DNA from: a virus
Lineage: Duplodnaviria; Caudoviricetes
Strand: one strand, 5' to 3'
DNA: 25,867 bases
Virus record (IMG/VR): IMGVR_UViG_3300034104_005696
Span: 1 to 25,867 of that record
A program made the position numbers and the translations under genes. Positions 1 through 8,560 of this stretch are shown here, one piece after another. A model generated the notes under the pieces. It did not search any database and was not told where the DNA came from. It worked only from the letters and a program-made list of their open reading frames with translations. Within the stretch, counting starts at the first letter, position 1; each line of letters begins with the position of its first letter.

Positions 1-70
1 GGAGACCGGGTGACCCCGCCAGGAATAGCGACGGCCCACCGAGGCGGGCCCCCGAAGGGACCACCCGGCC
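1..70 (-). ncRNA. candidate structured RNA or 5' leader (multi-branch, tRNA-sized)
   Basis: Minus strand GGCCGGGTGG (70-61) pairs with TCACCCGGTC (13-4) and encloses a c(UUCG)g hairpin plus two further possible hairpins. It begins 6 nt after a TACGCT -10-like hexamer. There is no T-loop consensus and the 3' end is cut by the window edge. Confidence 0.35.
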
Positions 71-76
71 GGAAGT

Positions 77-92
77 AGCGTATCCGGTCCGG
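77..92 (-). promoter_or_regulatory. putative promoter motif CCGG(A/G)CCGGA-TACnnT, copy 1
   Basis: Minus strand CCGGACCGGATACGCT; near-identical to CCGGGCCGGATACAGT at 22896-22881; both are intergenic and end in TAnnnT. Confidence 0.45.
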
Positions 93-101
93 GGGTCCGG
101 T

Positions 102-192
102 GGCGCTGTAGCGTCCAGGAGGGGAGCGGCGGCGGCCTCGGGGGTGGCGTGTCGGGCCGTGGCGTCGGGGCGCTCCTGGAGGCGCTGTAGCG
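102..192. repeat. 12-bp direct repeat GGCGCTGTAGCG (102-113, 181-192) with internal dyad CGCT-N2-AGCG
   Basis: Exact copies read directly in the intergenic DNA upstream of the putative promoter at 77-92. Confidence 0.55.
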
Positions 193-193
193 G

Positions 194-508
194 TCAGGGG
201 GCGGGGTTTCGCTCGAGGGCCCGGGCGACGGTCCCCGCGGCGCCGGCGGCGGCCTCGGTGCGCGCGGCCTGGCGCTCGGGGGCGCTCGAGCTCGGGGGCG
301 CCACCGCGGGCGCGGGGATCAGGTCGATCGTCCCCGTCCCGGCCAGGAGCTCGGGGGCGGGGAGCTCGAGGGCGTAGGGCGCCGGGTCGGGGAAGTCCTC
401 GAGGCGCCAGGCGCGGGGGGCCAGGTCCTCGAGGAAGGGACCAGGCGGGCGGGCCTCGGCGGGGGAGCTCGAGGCGGTGAGGGCCAGGGCGGCGAACAGG
501 ATCAACAT
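194..508 (-). CDS. hypothetical exported protein (signal peptide, Pro/Ala-rich)
   Basis: ATG preceded by GAGG, 15 nt after the tail tube stop; N-terminus MLILFAALALTASSSPAEA resembles a signal peptide with an A-x-A cleavage site. Confidence 0.6.
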   Translation of the reverse strand: MLILFAALALTASSSPAEARPPGPFLEDLAPRAWRLEDFPDPAPYALELPAPELLAGTGTIDLIPAPAVAPPSSSAPERQAARTEAAAGAAGTVARALERNPAP

Positions 509-523
509 GGCGGCGGCCTCGGA

Positions 524-967
524 CTACAGGGGGATCACGGCGTCGATCGACAGGCTCCACTTGATCAGGGCCCCGGACCCCTCCCCGCCGGCGTCAAGCT
601 GGGGGAGCTCCCGGCCGGTGATCATCATCCCGTCCAGGAGGTAGGACCGAACCACGGTCCCGGCGCCGTCCCGAAGGTGGACCGTGGCGGCCCGCTTGTG
701 AAGGGGGGCGCCGGTCTTGCACATCAGCCACCAGGCCTCCAGGGCGATGATCTCGGCCGTATGGTGGGCGTAGGTCTCCCCCTCGGTGCTCACGGCCTTG
801 GTCACCGCGGTGGACTGGACCGTCTGATCGGCCATGGTCGCGGTGATCAATTCCTCTTTCAACGCCCCGATAGACTTCCACACGGTGTCGGGGAGTCCGA
901 GGACGATCAGGAGGTAGGAATTGGTCATTGCGGCGTTGGGCTGAACCGCGCCTTTGGGGAGGGACAT
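524..967 (-). CDS. contractile tail tube protein (T4 gp19-like)
   Basis: 147 aa directly after the sheath; KRAATVHLRDGAGTVVRSYLLDG...ELPQLDAGG pattern typical of tube proteins; strong GGAG RBS. Confidence 0.85.
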   Translation of the reverse strand: MSLPKGAVQPNAAMTNSYLLIVLGLPDTVWKSIGALKEELITATMADQTVQSTAVTKAVSTEGETYAHHTAEIIALEAWWLMCKTGAPLHKRAATVHLRDGAGTVVRSYLLDGMMITGRELPQLDAGGEGSGALIKWSLSIDAVIPL

Positions 968-1010
968 AGCGGGGATCTCCAGGAGGGGGGAGGGAGGGGG
1001 TCAGGGAGGC

Positions 1011-1029
1011 GGGGGCCTCGAGGGCCCCC
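1011..1029. other. GC stem-loop between sheath and tube genes
   Basis: GGGGGCC-TCGAG-GGCCCCC; no U-tract, so more likely an mRNA stability/processing element than an intrinsic terminator. Confidence 0.35.
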
Positions 1030-1039
1030 ACCTGGGGGA

Positions 1040-3766
1040 TCAGGAGGCGGACACCCCGCGCGGGCCGATCTGGAAGATCACGCGCTCGGCGGTGGCCACC
1101 ACCTGGAACCCGATATCCGCGTGAAGGTTGCCCAGGTCCCGCTCGGTCGTCGGGTTGTTGCTGGCGTCCACCTTGATCGAAACCTGATCCTCGAACGCCG
1201 GGCCGTCCACGTCGTCGAACCACCCGGAGAGCCACCAGGACGTGAACAGGGCCCGGATCTGGCGCTTCACCTCGGTGAAGGTCACCGCGTTGATCTGGCG
1301 GAAAACCAGGGCCTCGGTGTTCACCAGGAGGGTCCGCCCGATATGGGACCGGGTCAGGCGCTCGTGAAGGAACGGGCGGCCCCCGTCCCCGGCGATCCGG
1401 TCCCCGAAAATGAAGATCCGCGGCCCACGCTTGCGGATCTCGATCAGGCCGTAGCCCCCCAGGAGCTCACTGTTCAGGCGCCGATCTTGCGTCGGGAGAT
1501 CCTTGGCGATCGGGGACAGGAGGGCCGTGGTCCCGGCGCCGGCCTGGTGGTAGCCACTGGCCTCCACCGCGATCTTGGCCGTCCGGCCGAGGACCAGGCC
1601 GATCACCGGACAGGTGTAGAGGCCGGACCCGTAGGGGGACTTCACCAGGCAATAGGACGGCCACACGGCGGGCGCGTAGTCCTGGGGGGCGCCGATCGCG
1701 AGGTTGGCCTTATGCCAGGCCACGGCGCCGGCCTCGGTGGTCACCGTGTCGGGGATCTCGGCATAGAACACGGCGTTATGCTCATAGGCCCACTGGATCG
1801 CGGCGGCTTGCGCGTCCGCGTCGGTGATCCCAGGCATGGCGGCCCGGATCACCCCGGTGTTCACGATGTCCAGATCGTTCAGGGGGGAGGCCCCGAGGTC
1901 CCAGGCGGCGGCGTAGTCGTCCGCGGTCACCGAGGCCAGGCCGTCGTACCCGCCCCCGAGCTCCTGGCGCCACTGGAGGCGCGCGATCGTCGCGTTGGTC
2001 CCGCTGGCGGCCTGGCCGTTGGTGAACCCCACCACGGCGTTCAGGGTCCCGGATCCCAGGGTGATCGTGGCGCTCCCCCCGAAGTCCTGGAGGGCGGTAA
2101 CGATCAGCTTGTCCGCGGCGGACACGGTGAACGCCACCAGCTTGGCGGCGGCGGACCCCGCGCGGGCCAGCTCCTGAGCGTTCAGGTCGGCCGCCAGGGC
2201 GGTGGTGGTCTCGGCGGCGCCCCCCAGGGACTCGGTCAGGGTGTAGGGCCCGGACCCGCCCACCGAGTAGATCAGGGTCAGGGTGGCGGCGTTCAGGGCG
2301 AACGGGCCCGCGGTGGTCCCGGTCATGGTCGGGGCGCTCGGCGCCAGGACCCCGTCGGCCTCGAGGTCCACCCCGTTGGCCAGGGTCACGGTCTCGTGAT
2401 CGTTGGACACCACCCGGTAGCGGGTGGACTGGTCCAGGCCCTCGGACGGGCCCGCGGCGATGTAGAGATACCCACCCTTCCCCTTGAGATCCGCGGGGAG
2501 CGGGCGCGCGTAGATCACCAGGCGGGTGGTGGCGTCGGCGGCCACGGCGCCGGCGCTGATCGTCCACCCGGGGAGCCAGGCATGCTGGGAAGCGTAGGCC
2601 ACGCCGGTGGTCCCGCCAGGAAGGCCGGTCACCGTTCCCCCGTCCTCGAGCTCCACCCCCACCGTGTAGGTGGTGGCGCCGGTGAAGGTGATCGTGATCG
2701 TACAGGGGATCGGGTCGGCCCCCCAGGTCACGTCGTTGACGGTGTCCAGGTAGGGGTTCCCGGTCCCGCTCGAGGTCCACCGGATCACCTGGAACGTCAG
2801 GGCGTTGGCGTCCACGCCGGCGGGCGCGGGGATCTCGGCAAAGTTGGCCGGGAGCTGGTACGGGTCGGCCGGGTCCCCGGTGAAGTTGTCCGCGGCGCTC
2901 CCGAGCTCCCAGTTGTCCACCCGGTCGGTGGTGATCGTGTCGAACCAGTAGCGATCCCCCGTGGCGTCCAGGTCCACGTTCTCCCAGGCCTTGGACGCCA
3001 GGCCGTCGGTGTAGGCGGACAGGCTGAACGTGGTAGACCCCTCCCCACCGTCCTGGACTTCCACGGCCAGGGCCTCCAGGTTCCCGGTGAGCTCGTGGGC
3101 GTTCTCGAGCTCGAGGCGGAACCGGCCGTCGGTCCCGGCCAGGGTGGCGGCGGTGAAGGAACCGGACACAGTGAACACGCCGGCGGTGGTGTTCCCGGTG
3201 ATCAGGTACTCGGTGGCGCTGTCATCGTTGGGGAAGGTGAGGATCGCGCCCTTCCACGCATCCTTCAGGGGGGTGATCCCCAGGTTCACGGTGGCCCCGC
3301 TCACGGCGCTGGCGATCGTGCCGATGTCCCCGGCCTGGCGCTTCCGGCGCCCACCCCACCGGCCACCGTTGTGGGCGGTGAGCTCGAGGACCACGGTGGG
3401 GGCCTTCACGGCCTCGGCGCGCTCGAGGATCCCGCGGTCCACGTCCCGGTTGTAGAGATTGATCGAGGCCTTCACCTCGGATCCGTCGGTCACCCGGTAC
3501 GCGTACAGGTGGCCCGCGCCCACGCCCACACTGTAGAAGTGTTCGGCGGCCAGGGGCGCTTCCGAGTCCTGGGAAAGTCCCCCGAGCTGGCGCCGGTAGT
3601 CGGGGAGGCCCCCGGTCAGGTCCACCAGCTCGGCCACGGGGCCGCGGCGGAACGCGCCCACCAGGAGCGTGGAACCGAGCGGGCCGGCCTGGATCGGCTT
3701 GGCGGGGGTGACTTCGCGGACCTGGACGCCAGGGCCGGCGACGGCGCCGAAAATGCGGGTGGGCAT
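1040..3766 (-). CDS. tail sheath protein with large Thr/Gly-rich insertions
   Basis: N-terminal PGVQVREV...LVGAFRRGP; C-terminal IFGDR...FLHERLTR...SIKVDASNN...GNLHADIGFQVVATAERVIFQI are sheath-family signatures; precedes tube gene. Confidence 0.92.
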   Translation of the reverse strand: MPTRIFGAVAGPGVQVREVTPAKPIQAGPLGSTLLVGAFRRGPVAELVDLTGGLPDYRRQLGGLSQDSEAPLAAEHFYSVGVGAGHLYAYRVTDGSEVKASINLYNRDVDRGILERAEAVKAPTVVLELTAHNGGRWGGRRKRQAGDIGTIASAVSGATVNLGITPLKDAWKGAILTFPNDDSATEYLITGNTTAGVFTVSGSFTAATLAGTDGRFRLELENAHELTGNLEALAVEVQDGGEGSTTFSLSAYTDGLASKAWENVDLDATGDRYWFDTITTDRVDNWELGSAADNFTGDPADPYQLPANFAEIPAPAGVDANALTFQVIRWTSSGTGNPYLDTVNDVTWGADPIPCTITITFTGATTYTVGVELEDGGTVTGLPGGTTGVAYASQHAWLPGWTISAGAVAADATTRLVIYARPLPADLKGKGGYLYIAAGPSEGLDQSTRYRVVSNDHETVTLANGVDLEADGVLAPSAPTMTGTTAGPFALNAATLTLIYSVGGSGPYTLTESLGGAAETTTALAADLNAQELARAGSAAAKLVAFTVSAADKLIVTALQDFGGSATITLGSGTLNAVVGFTNGQAASGTNATIARLQWRQELGGGYDGLASVTADDYAAAWDLGASPLNDLDIVNTGVIRAAMPGITDADAQAAAIQWAYEHNAVFYAEIPDTVTTEAGAVAWHKANLAIGAPQDYAPAVWPSYCLVKSPYGSGLYTCPVIGLVLGRTAKIAVEASGYHQAGAGTTALLSPIAKDLPTQDRRLNSELLGGYGLIEIRKRGPRIFIFGDRIAGDGGRPFLHERLTRSHIGRTLLVNTEALVFRQINAVTFTEVKRQIRALFTSWWLSGWFDDVDGPAFEDQVSIKVDASNNPTTERDLGNLHADIGFQVVATAERVIFQIGPRGVSAS

Positions 3767-3775
3767 AGGGGGATC

Positions 3776-5143
3776 CTACTCGGTGAAGGTGGAGGGGACG
3801 TAACCGCCGGAGCGGACAAGGGGGACGGGGGTGGCGGCCTGGCGGGCCTGGCGGGGGTAGGTCAGGGACCAGGTGGCGCGGGCCTCACATACGCCCACGG
3901 CCAGGGTCCCCGTGGACTCCACGGGTTCCTGTAGCTGGCGAACGGTGATCGGCTGGCCGGTTTCGGGGGACACCAGGGCACGATAACCCGAGCTCCCGAG
4001 GAAGTCCCCGAGGGCCGCGGCGATCCGTTCCACGTCGCTCCCGAGCTCCCCGATCACCCGGATCTCCAGTCCCGAGGTCACCAGGGCGGTGGGCGGGAGG
4101 ACCAGGGCGGTGGGCGGGTCGGTGATCACGTCGGCCACCAGGGCGTCGGCCTGGCCGAGGACCTGATCACTGGTCCCGCTCGGGGCGATGTAGACCGCCG
4201 GGAGGCGGGCCACCTGTTCCAGGTCCCGGTTCCGGCGGACCACCAGATCGGGGACGTACCGGAACTCCAGGCGGTAAACGTGGCCCACGGTCAGGGGGGC
4301 GGTGGGCGTCCAGGCGCCGGCGGCGTAGCTCCCAGGGACTTCCTCGAGCTCCTGGGGATCGTCGGTCAGGTCGAACACGGCATCCACGCCGGTGATCGTG
4401 TACCCCCACTCGGACCCGGTCAGGGTGATCGTGGCGGCGGTGGCGGCGGTGGCGGTCAGCTCGAGGACCCCGACAACGGACAGGGAGGCCCGGAGCTCGG
4501 CCAGGAGGGTACGGAACAGGGCGTCGTCCAGGGGAGACACCTGGCGGACCCCGTAGGCCACGCGCGCCCCATAGAACCCCGGGGAGTAGTCGGGATCGGT
4601 GGTCCCCAGGAAGGCGATCACCGCCAGGGACCGGATCGAGGCCGGGAGCTCGGGGAAGTTGGCCTGCAGGTCCGCGGCGGTGTTCCAGTCGGCCAGGGCG
4701 TCCACGGGGGTGGTCCAGTCGGCCCCGTCCCACCAGAGGGCCTGGGAACCGTCCCACAGGCGGAACAGGACGTAGGTGGCCCCGTCCGCGTCCTCGGGTT
4801 CGGTGATCAGGAGCTCGAGGGCGTCCCAGGAGCGTAGGCCCTCGGCGGTCATGGTCGGGGTCCGGGCCGTCCTGGCGCCGGCGGCGGCCAGGTCCCAGGT
4901 GGCGTCGGTGGTGTAGGCCCCGGCCTCGAGCTCGAGGACCGCGGCCGCGGCGAACAGCTCCCCGGTCAGCTCCCGGGTGTAGGCGCTCCCCCCCAGGGCG
5001 TCCCCGCGGCGCCAGGTGGGGCCGAGGATCGACCAGTCCACCCCGTCGGTCCGGGTCATGGCGGCGCCCTCCCCCTCGAGGGCGGCGTAGGCCTCGGGGG
5101 TCACCCCGAGCTCGAGGATCAGCGATCGGAGCTGGCGGGCCAT
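3776..5143 (-). CDS. neck / tail-terminator-like structural protein with N-terminal extension
   Basis: Real start is ATG 5143 (MARQLRS), TAATG overlap with the upstream stop. Directly before sheath; C-terminal RLPAVYI...LEIRVIG...ARATWSL resembles tail terminators (inference). Confidence 0.6.
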   Translation of the reverse strand: MARQLRSLILELGVTPEAYAALEGEGAAMTRTDGVDWSILGPTWRRGDALGGSAYTRELTGELFAAAAVLELEAGAYTTDATWDLAAAGARTARTPTMTAEGLRSWDALELLITEPEDADGATYVLFRLWDGSQALWWDGADWTTPVDALADWNTAADLQANFPELPASIRSLAVIAFLGTTDPDYSPGFYGARVAYGVRQVSPLDDALFRTLLAELRASLSVVGVLELTATAATAATITLTGSEWGYTITGVDAVFDLTDDPQELEEVPGSYAAGAWTPTAPLTVGHVYRLEFRYVPDLVVRRNRDLEQVARLPAVYIAPSGTSDQVLGQADALVADVITDPPTALVLPPTALVTSGLEIRVIGELGSDVERIAAALGDFLGSSGYRALVSPETGQPITVRQLQEPVESTGTLAVGVCEARATWSLTYPRQARQAATPVPLVRSGGYVPSTFTE

Positions 5144-5844
5144 TAGCTTCCCCCGGAAAAGGCGGCCTGGACCGCTTGGGCGTAGGTATCCCCGATCATC
5201 CGTTGGAAGTCCGAGGACTCGGCCACGCGCGCCAGGTAGGGCCTGGCCGGGATGATCCACACGTCCCGGGCGGGCCCGCTCCCGGCGGTGGAGGGGTGGG
5301 AAGCGAACCACCAGCGGCGCTGGCGCTCGGTCCACCGGTGGCCCTTTTTGGACAGGCCGAGGGTTCCCGCGGCGCTGGACACGCTGGCCCGCTGGCGCCG
5401 GTTCAGGGCGGCCAGGGCCTCGGGGGAGAGCTTCGATCGGATCATGGCCCACACCTTGGCGCGGACCTTGGGGTGTTGCTTCACGTTGATCGTGGCGCCT
5501 TCATGGACGATCAGGGCCACGTTTACCAGCTTGTCCCCGGACTTGGCGCGGATCACCCCCATGTTCAGATGGTACGGGCCGTCCACCTGGTAGGTCATGG
5601 ACTGGAACAGATCCCCCTTGTCGACCAGGGGCTTACTGGACCCCTTGAGGATCACGGTCACCGGGCTGTTCGGGGCGTACACCCCGGCCCGGATCTCCCG
5701 CCGAACCGAGGCCACAAACGTCCGGCCCACCCGGTCGGCCGCGGTGGCCAGGCGGCGCGCCAGGCGGGCCCGGAAGTCCCGGGCGTCCATGGCCTTGAGG
5801 TACGCGTCCCAGGCCCCGGTCAAGCGGATCCCGCCGGTGGCCAT
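5143..5844 (-). CDS. virion morphogenesis / tail completion protein (Mu gpG / HK97 gp10-like)
   Basis: Start ATG 5844 (TAATG overlap); motifs APNSPVTVILKGSSKPLVDKGDLFQSM, VHEGA and IPARPYL. Confidence 0.8.
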   Translation of the reverse strand: MATGGIRLTGAWDAYLKAMDARDFRARLARRLATAADRVGRTFVASVRREIRAGVYAPNSPVTVILKGSSKPLVDKGDLFQSMTYQVDGPYHLNMGVIRAKSGDKLVNVALIVHEGATINVKQHPKVRAKVWAMIRSKLSPEALAALNRRQRASVSSAAGTLGLSKKGHRWTERQRRWWFASHPSTAGSGPARDVWIIPARPYLARVAESSDFQRMIGDTYAQAVQAAFSGGS

Positions 5845-6299
5845 TACAGGCCCCCCTCGGACCCTTCCCGGGTCGGGTGGCGGTCCTCGATCGAGATCAC
5901 CACCAGGCGCCGGCGCCGGCGTTCCTTCCCGCTCCCGTGGGCCTCGGAAACGTACCAGGACACGGCGCGGATCTCGGTCCCGTCCTCGGCGGCGATCCCG
6001 GTGATCCGGTCCCCCGAGCTCGGAACCCACCCGCTCGAGCCGATCCCGGTCCAGGACCCGTCGGGCCGTTGCGTCCCCTCGGCCAGGAAGGCGATCGACG
6101 CCCGCTCGGTGAGCTTGGCGCCCCCCTGGCCAGGCCCGCGGCTGTTCCGGTTGCTTTCGTCCACCTGGCCGAGGATCACCAGCTCGGTGGAGCGGGCGAT
6201 CCGCGCGTAGTGTTCCCCGGCCAGGTCGTCGGTCCTGGTGGTGGACCGGTCGATCGGCTGGATCGTCACGCGCTCGGGGTTGATCAGGCGGGCGCGCAC
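5844..6299 (-). CDS. putative head closure (stopper) protein
   Basis: GTG at 6299, 4 nt after upstream stop; 151 aa, beta-rich, GDRIT motif; between adaptor and tail completion genes. Confidence 0.6.
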   Translation of the reverse strand: MRARLINPERVTIQPIDRSTTRTDDLAGEHYARIARSTELVILGQVDESNRNSRGPGQGGAKLTERASIAFLAEGTQRPDGSWTGIGSSGWVPSSGDRITGIAAEDGTEIRAVSWYVSEAHGSGKERRRRRLVVISIEDRHPTREGSEGGL

Positions 6300-6303
6300 G
6301 GGC

Positions 6304-6678
6304 TTAGCCGCGGCGCTTGGGGCGCTCGGTGGAGCTCGAGGCCTCGGGGGGCGGTTCACCCGCGGCGGTCTCGGGGAGCTCGGCCTGCAGCTCGAGCGCG
6401 GGGGCCTGGGGGGCGCCCTTCATGGCGGGGACACCAGGCGCGGGCGCGGGCGAGGCCTTCCCGAAGGTGAAGTCGACGGCGATCCCCTGGCGGGTGGCGT
6501 CGGCCTTCACCAGATCGGCGTCGGCCTCGGTCAGGAGCTCGGTGGACCCGGCCCGGAAGATCATGGACCGGCCACGCTGGCGGCCAGGCGCGCCAGGCTT
6601 CCCGACGCCGGCCTCGAGGGTGATCGTTCGGGTGGGACGGTTCGGGCGGTAGGACACGGGGATCAGGTTCAGGGTCAC
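6304..6678 (-). CDS. hypothetical protein (124 aa)
   Basis: GTG at 6678 with AGGAG RBS; fills the gap between adaptor and stopper. The listed 316-aa ORF is over-extended. Confidence 0.65.
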   Translation of the reverse strand: MTLNLIPVSYRPNRPTRTITLEAGVGKPGAPGRQRGRSMIFRAGSTELLTEADADLVKADATRQGIAVDFTFGKASPAPAPGVPAMKGAPQAPALELQAELPETAAGEPPPEASSSTERPKRRG

Positions 6679-6692
6679 GGGAGCTCCTGGGG

Positions 6693-7520
6693 TCAGTAGA
6701 GGCGCCGGGAGCGGCGCCGGGGAGGGGGTGAAGGGAGGGTAACCCTTGCGGGGGCCCGGAACCGGGCGATCAACAGGTCCAGCTCCCGCGCGGTGGTCGG
6801 CCCACCGCCCACGGCGCGATCCCCGAGCTGGTAGGAACGGCCCTGGGTGGACTCGGCCACCAGGGCCCCGCGGTGGAGGTCCTCGAGGCCGTCCGGATCG
6901 TCGGGGGTGACCAGGTGGCGGATCACCAGGAGGGCCAGGGCGCGGCGAACCAGGGCGGGGACGGCCCCGGCCTGGTCCAGGTATCCCCAGGTGGCGGTGA
7001 CGTGGATCGAGGCCACCCCCAGGGGCCAGGTGGCCAGGTTCCCGGGTTCGGGGGACCTGGTGGCGAACGTGGCGCCCTCGGGGGCCACCAGCTCGATCCA
7101 CGGGTTGTCCCGCGGGTCCGAGCTCCCGAGGCCGGCCCCGTCGTTGACGGTGTAGAATTCCGAGTCCACGGCGGTGGTGTCGGTCCCGATCAGGATCTCG
7201 GTCACCCCGGCGCCCTCGAGCTGGGAGACCGAGACCACGGGGAAGGGGAGCCACAGGCGCGATCCCCGGTTCCCGTCCAGGTGGAGGACCCCGGTTCGGG
7301 CCACAAAAAACCGGCCCGTAGCGGCCTCGAGGAAGTCCCGGGCGGCCTCCAGGGCGGTGGTCAGGGGGCCGTCGTCGGGGGCGTCGGTGTAGGACGCCCC
7401 GAGCTCGGCCCGGAGCGCGGCCAGGGCGTCGGCCTCGGGGTCCTCCCCCTCCACCCCGGCCGGGAGGAAGTAGCGCCAGGCCTCGGGGTGGGACAGGGCG
7501 GACAGGTCAAGGGCGGCCAT
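6693..7520 (-). CDS. head-tail adaptor (HK97 gp6 / SPP1 gp15-like)
   Basis: ALEAARDFLEAATGRFF, IHVTATWGY...VPALVRRALALLV and ELDLLIARFR are adaptor-type motifs; AGGAG RBS. Confidence 0.8.
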   Translation of the reverse strand: MAALDLSALSHPEAWRYFLPAGVEGEDPEADALAALRAELGASYTDAPDDGPLTTALEAARDFLEAATGRFFVARTGVLHLDGNRGSRLWLPFPVVSVSQLEGAGVTEILIGTDTTAVDSEFYTVNDGAGLGSSDPRDNPWIELVAPEGATFATRSPEPGNLATWPLGVASIHVTATWGYLDQAGAVPALVRRALALLVIRHLVTPDDPDGLEDLHRGALVAESTQGRSYQLGDRAVGGGPTTARELDLLIARFRAPARVTLPSPPPRRRSRRLY

Positions 7521-7615
7521 GGATCAGCTCCTGGAGGAAACGAGGAAGGCCCCGGGGGTGGTGGCCACGCCACCCCCACCCGGGGCCCTCGAGGGCGGCG
7601 CGGCGGCGGGAGGGC

Positions 7616-8530
7616 CTACGCTTCCACCGGGCTCGAGACCAGGCGGTAGAAGTCCACTTCGAAGGAAAAGCGGCCCTCAATGTAGGTCGTCGTGCTGGCG
7701 AACTCGATCGACCAGGTGTCCCCGGGCTTGAACGTGTTGGCGGCGGTGGGGGCCCCGAGCGGGAGGACCACCCCGAGGGCCGAGGCGCCGGCCATGGCCA
7801 CCCCGTCCGAGCCGGTCACGTTGGTGGTCCCGATCTCGAGGTTCGGGGTGGTCCCCTTGGCGCCGGTGGTGATCGCCTTTTCGGTGATCGCGCGCCAGGC
7901 GCCGATCTTCCCGTACATGGCCGGACAGGGCTTGGCGGTCAGGCCGTCCCCGTTGGCGATGTCCGCGGCGTCGATCGTGTGGCGCTCCCGGTGGCTGAAC
8001 ACATAGACGGCGGCGTCCCCGTCCACGCTGTCGGTCTCGTCCCCGGTGGTGGCCTTCCGGTCCGGGTTCACGCCCATGGGGCGGACCGTGTGATCGATCT
8101 CCTCGAGGGTGACCACCGTTCCCGAGTCGCGGGCGAACTTGACCCGGCCCACGCGGGCGTACTTCACGCCCTCGGTGGAGGGGATCGCGGCTTCCACGTC
8201 CGCGTCGGTGGGGGCCGAGGCGCCGGCGCTGGTCAGGGCGGCGGTCCCCTGGACGGCCACCAGGTACGCCTTGTCGGTCGTCGGGAGGTAGTAGACCACC
8301 ACGTCGGTGATCACTTCCGAGGAAGCGGCCAGGGTCCCCGTGTAGCAGTCGAGATCCGCGCGGCCACCGAACTGGTGGGCGTGGTCGTCCAGGACCGCCA
8401 CCCCGGGGGCCACGTTGATCACCTGGACCGCGGTGGTCAGGGTGGTGGCGCTGGCCAGGAGGAACAGGCCGATCAGGAAGGACCGGGATCGGTGGGCGGT
8501 GAGGGTTTCGTGGCCGGTATCGAGCAACAT
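7616..8530 (-). CDS. virion structural protein, probable head decoration
   Basis: Thr/Ala/Gly-rich, beta-type composition; between capsid and adaptor; shares a 20-nt RBS region with the tail tube gene. Confidence 0.6.
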   Translation of the reverse strand: MLLDTGHETLTAHRSRSFLIGLFLLASATTLTTAVQVINVAPGVAVLDDHAHQFGGRADLDCYTGTLAASSEVITDVVVYYLPTTDKAYLVAVQGTAALTSAGASAPTDADVEAAIPSTEGVKYARVGRVKFARDSGTVVTLEEIDHTVRPMGVNPDRKATTGDETDSVDGDAAVYVFSHRERHTIDAADIANGDGLTAKPCPAMYGKIGAWRAITEKAITTGAKGTTPNLEIGTTNVTGSDGVAMAGASALGVVLPLGAPTAANTFKPGDTWSIEFASTTTYIEGRFSFEVDFYRLVSSPVEA

Positions 8531-8560
8531 GGCGGGGATCTCCAGGAGGGGTGGGCGGCC

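Noticed and set aside
1-70. Canonical tRNA gene
   Set aside because: Acceptor-like stem present but no TTCRA T-loop and no proper anticodon arm; kept only as a candidate structured RNA.
677-3934. 1085-aa plus-strand ORF and other long plus-strand ORFs (7979-9688, 10834-12486, 14494-16143, 21581-22900)
   Set aside because: Antisense shadows of well-supported minus-strand genes; stop codons are scarce in high-GC DNA and the translations have no motifs.
524-5143. Extracellular contractile injection system or tailocin interpretation
   Set aside because: Terminase, portal, protease and capsid genes are in the same operon, so this is a head-bearing phage.
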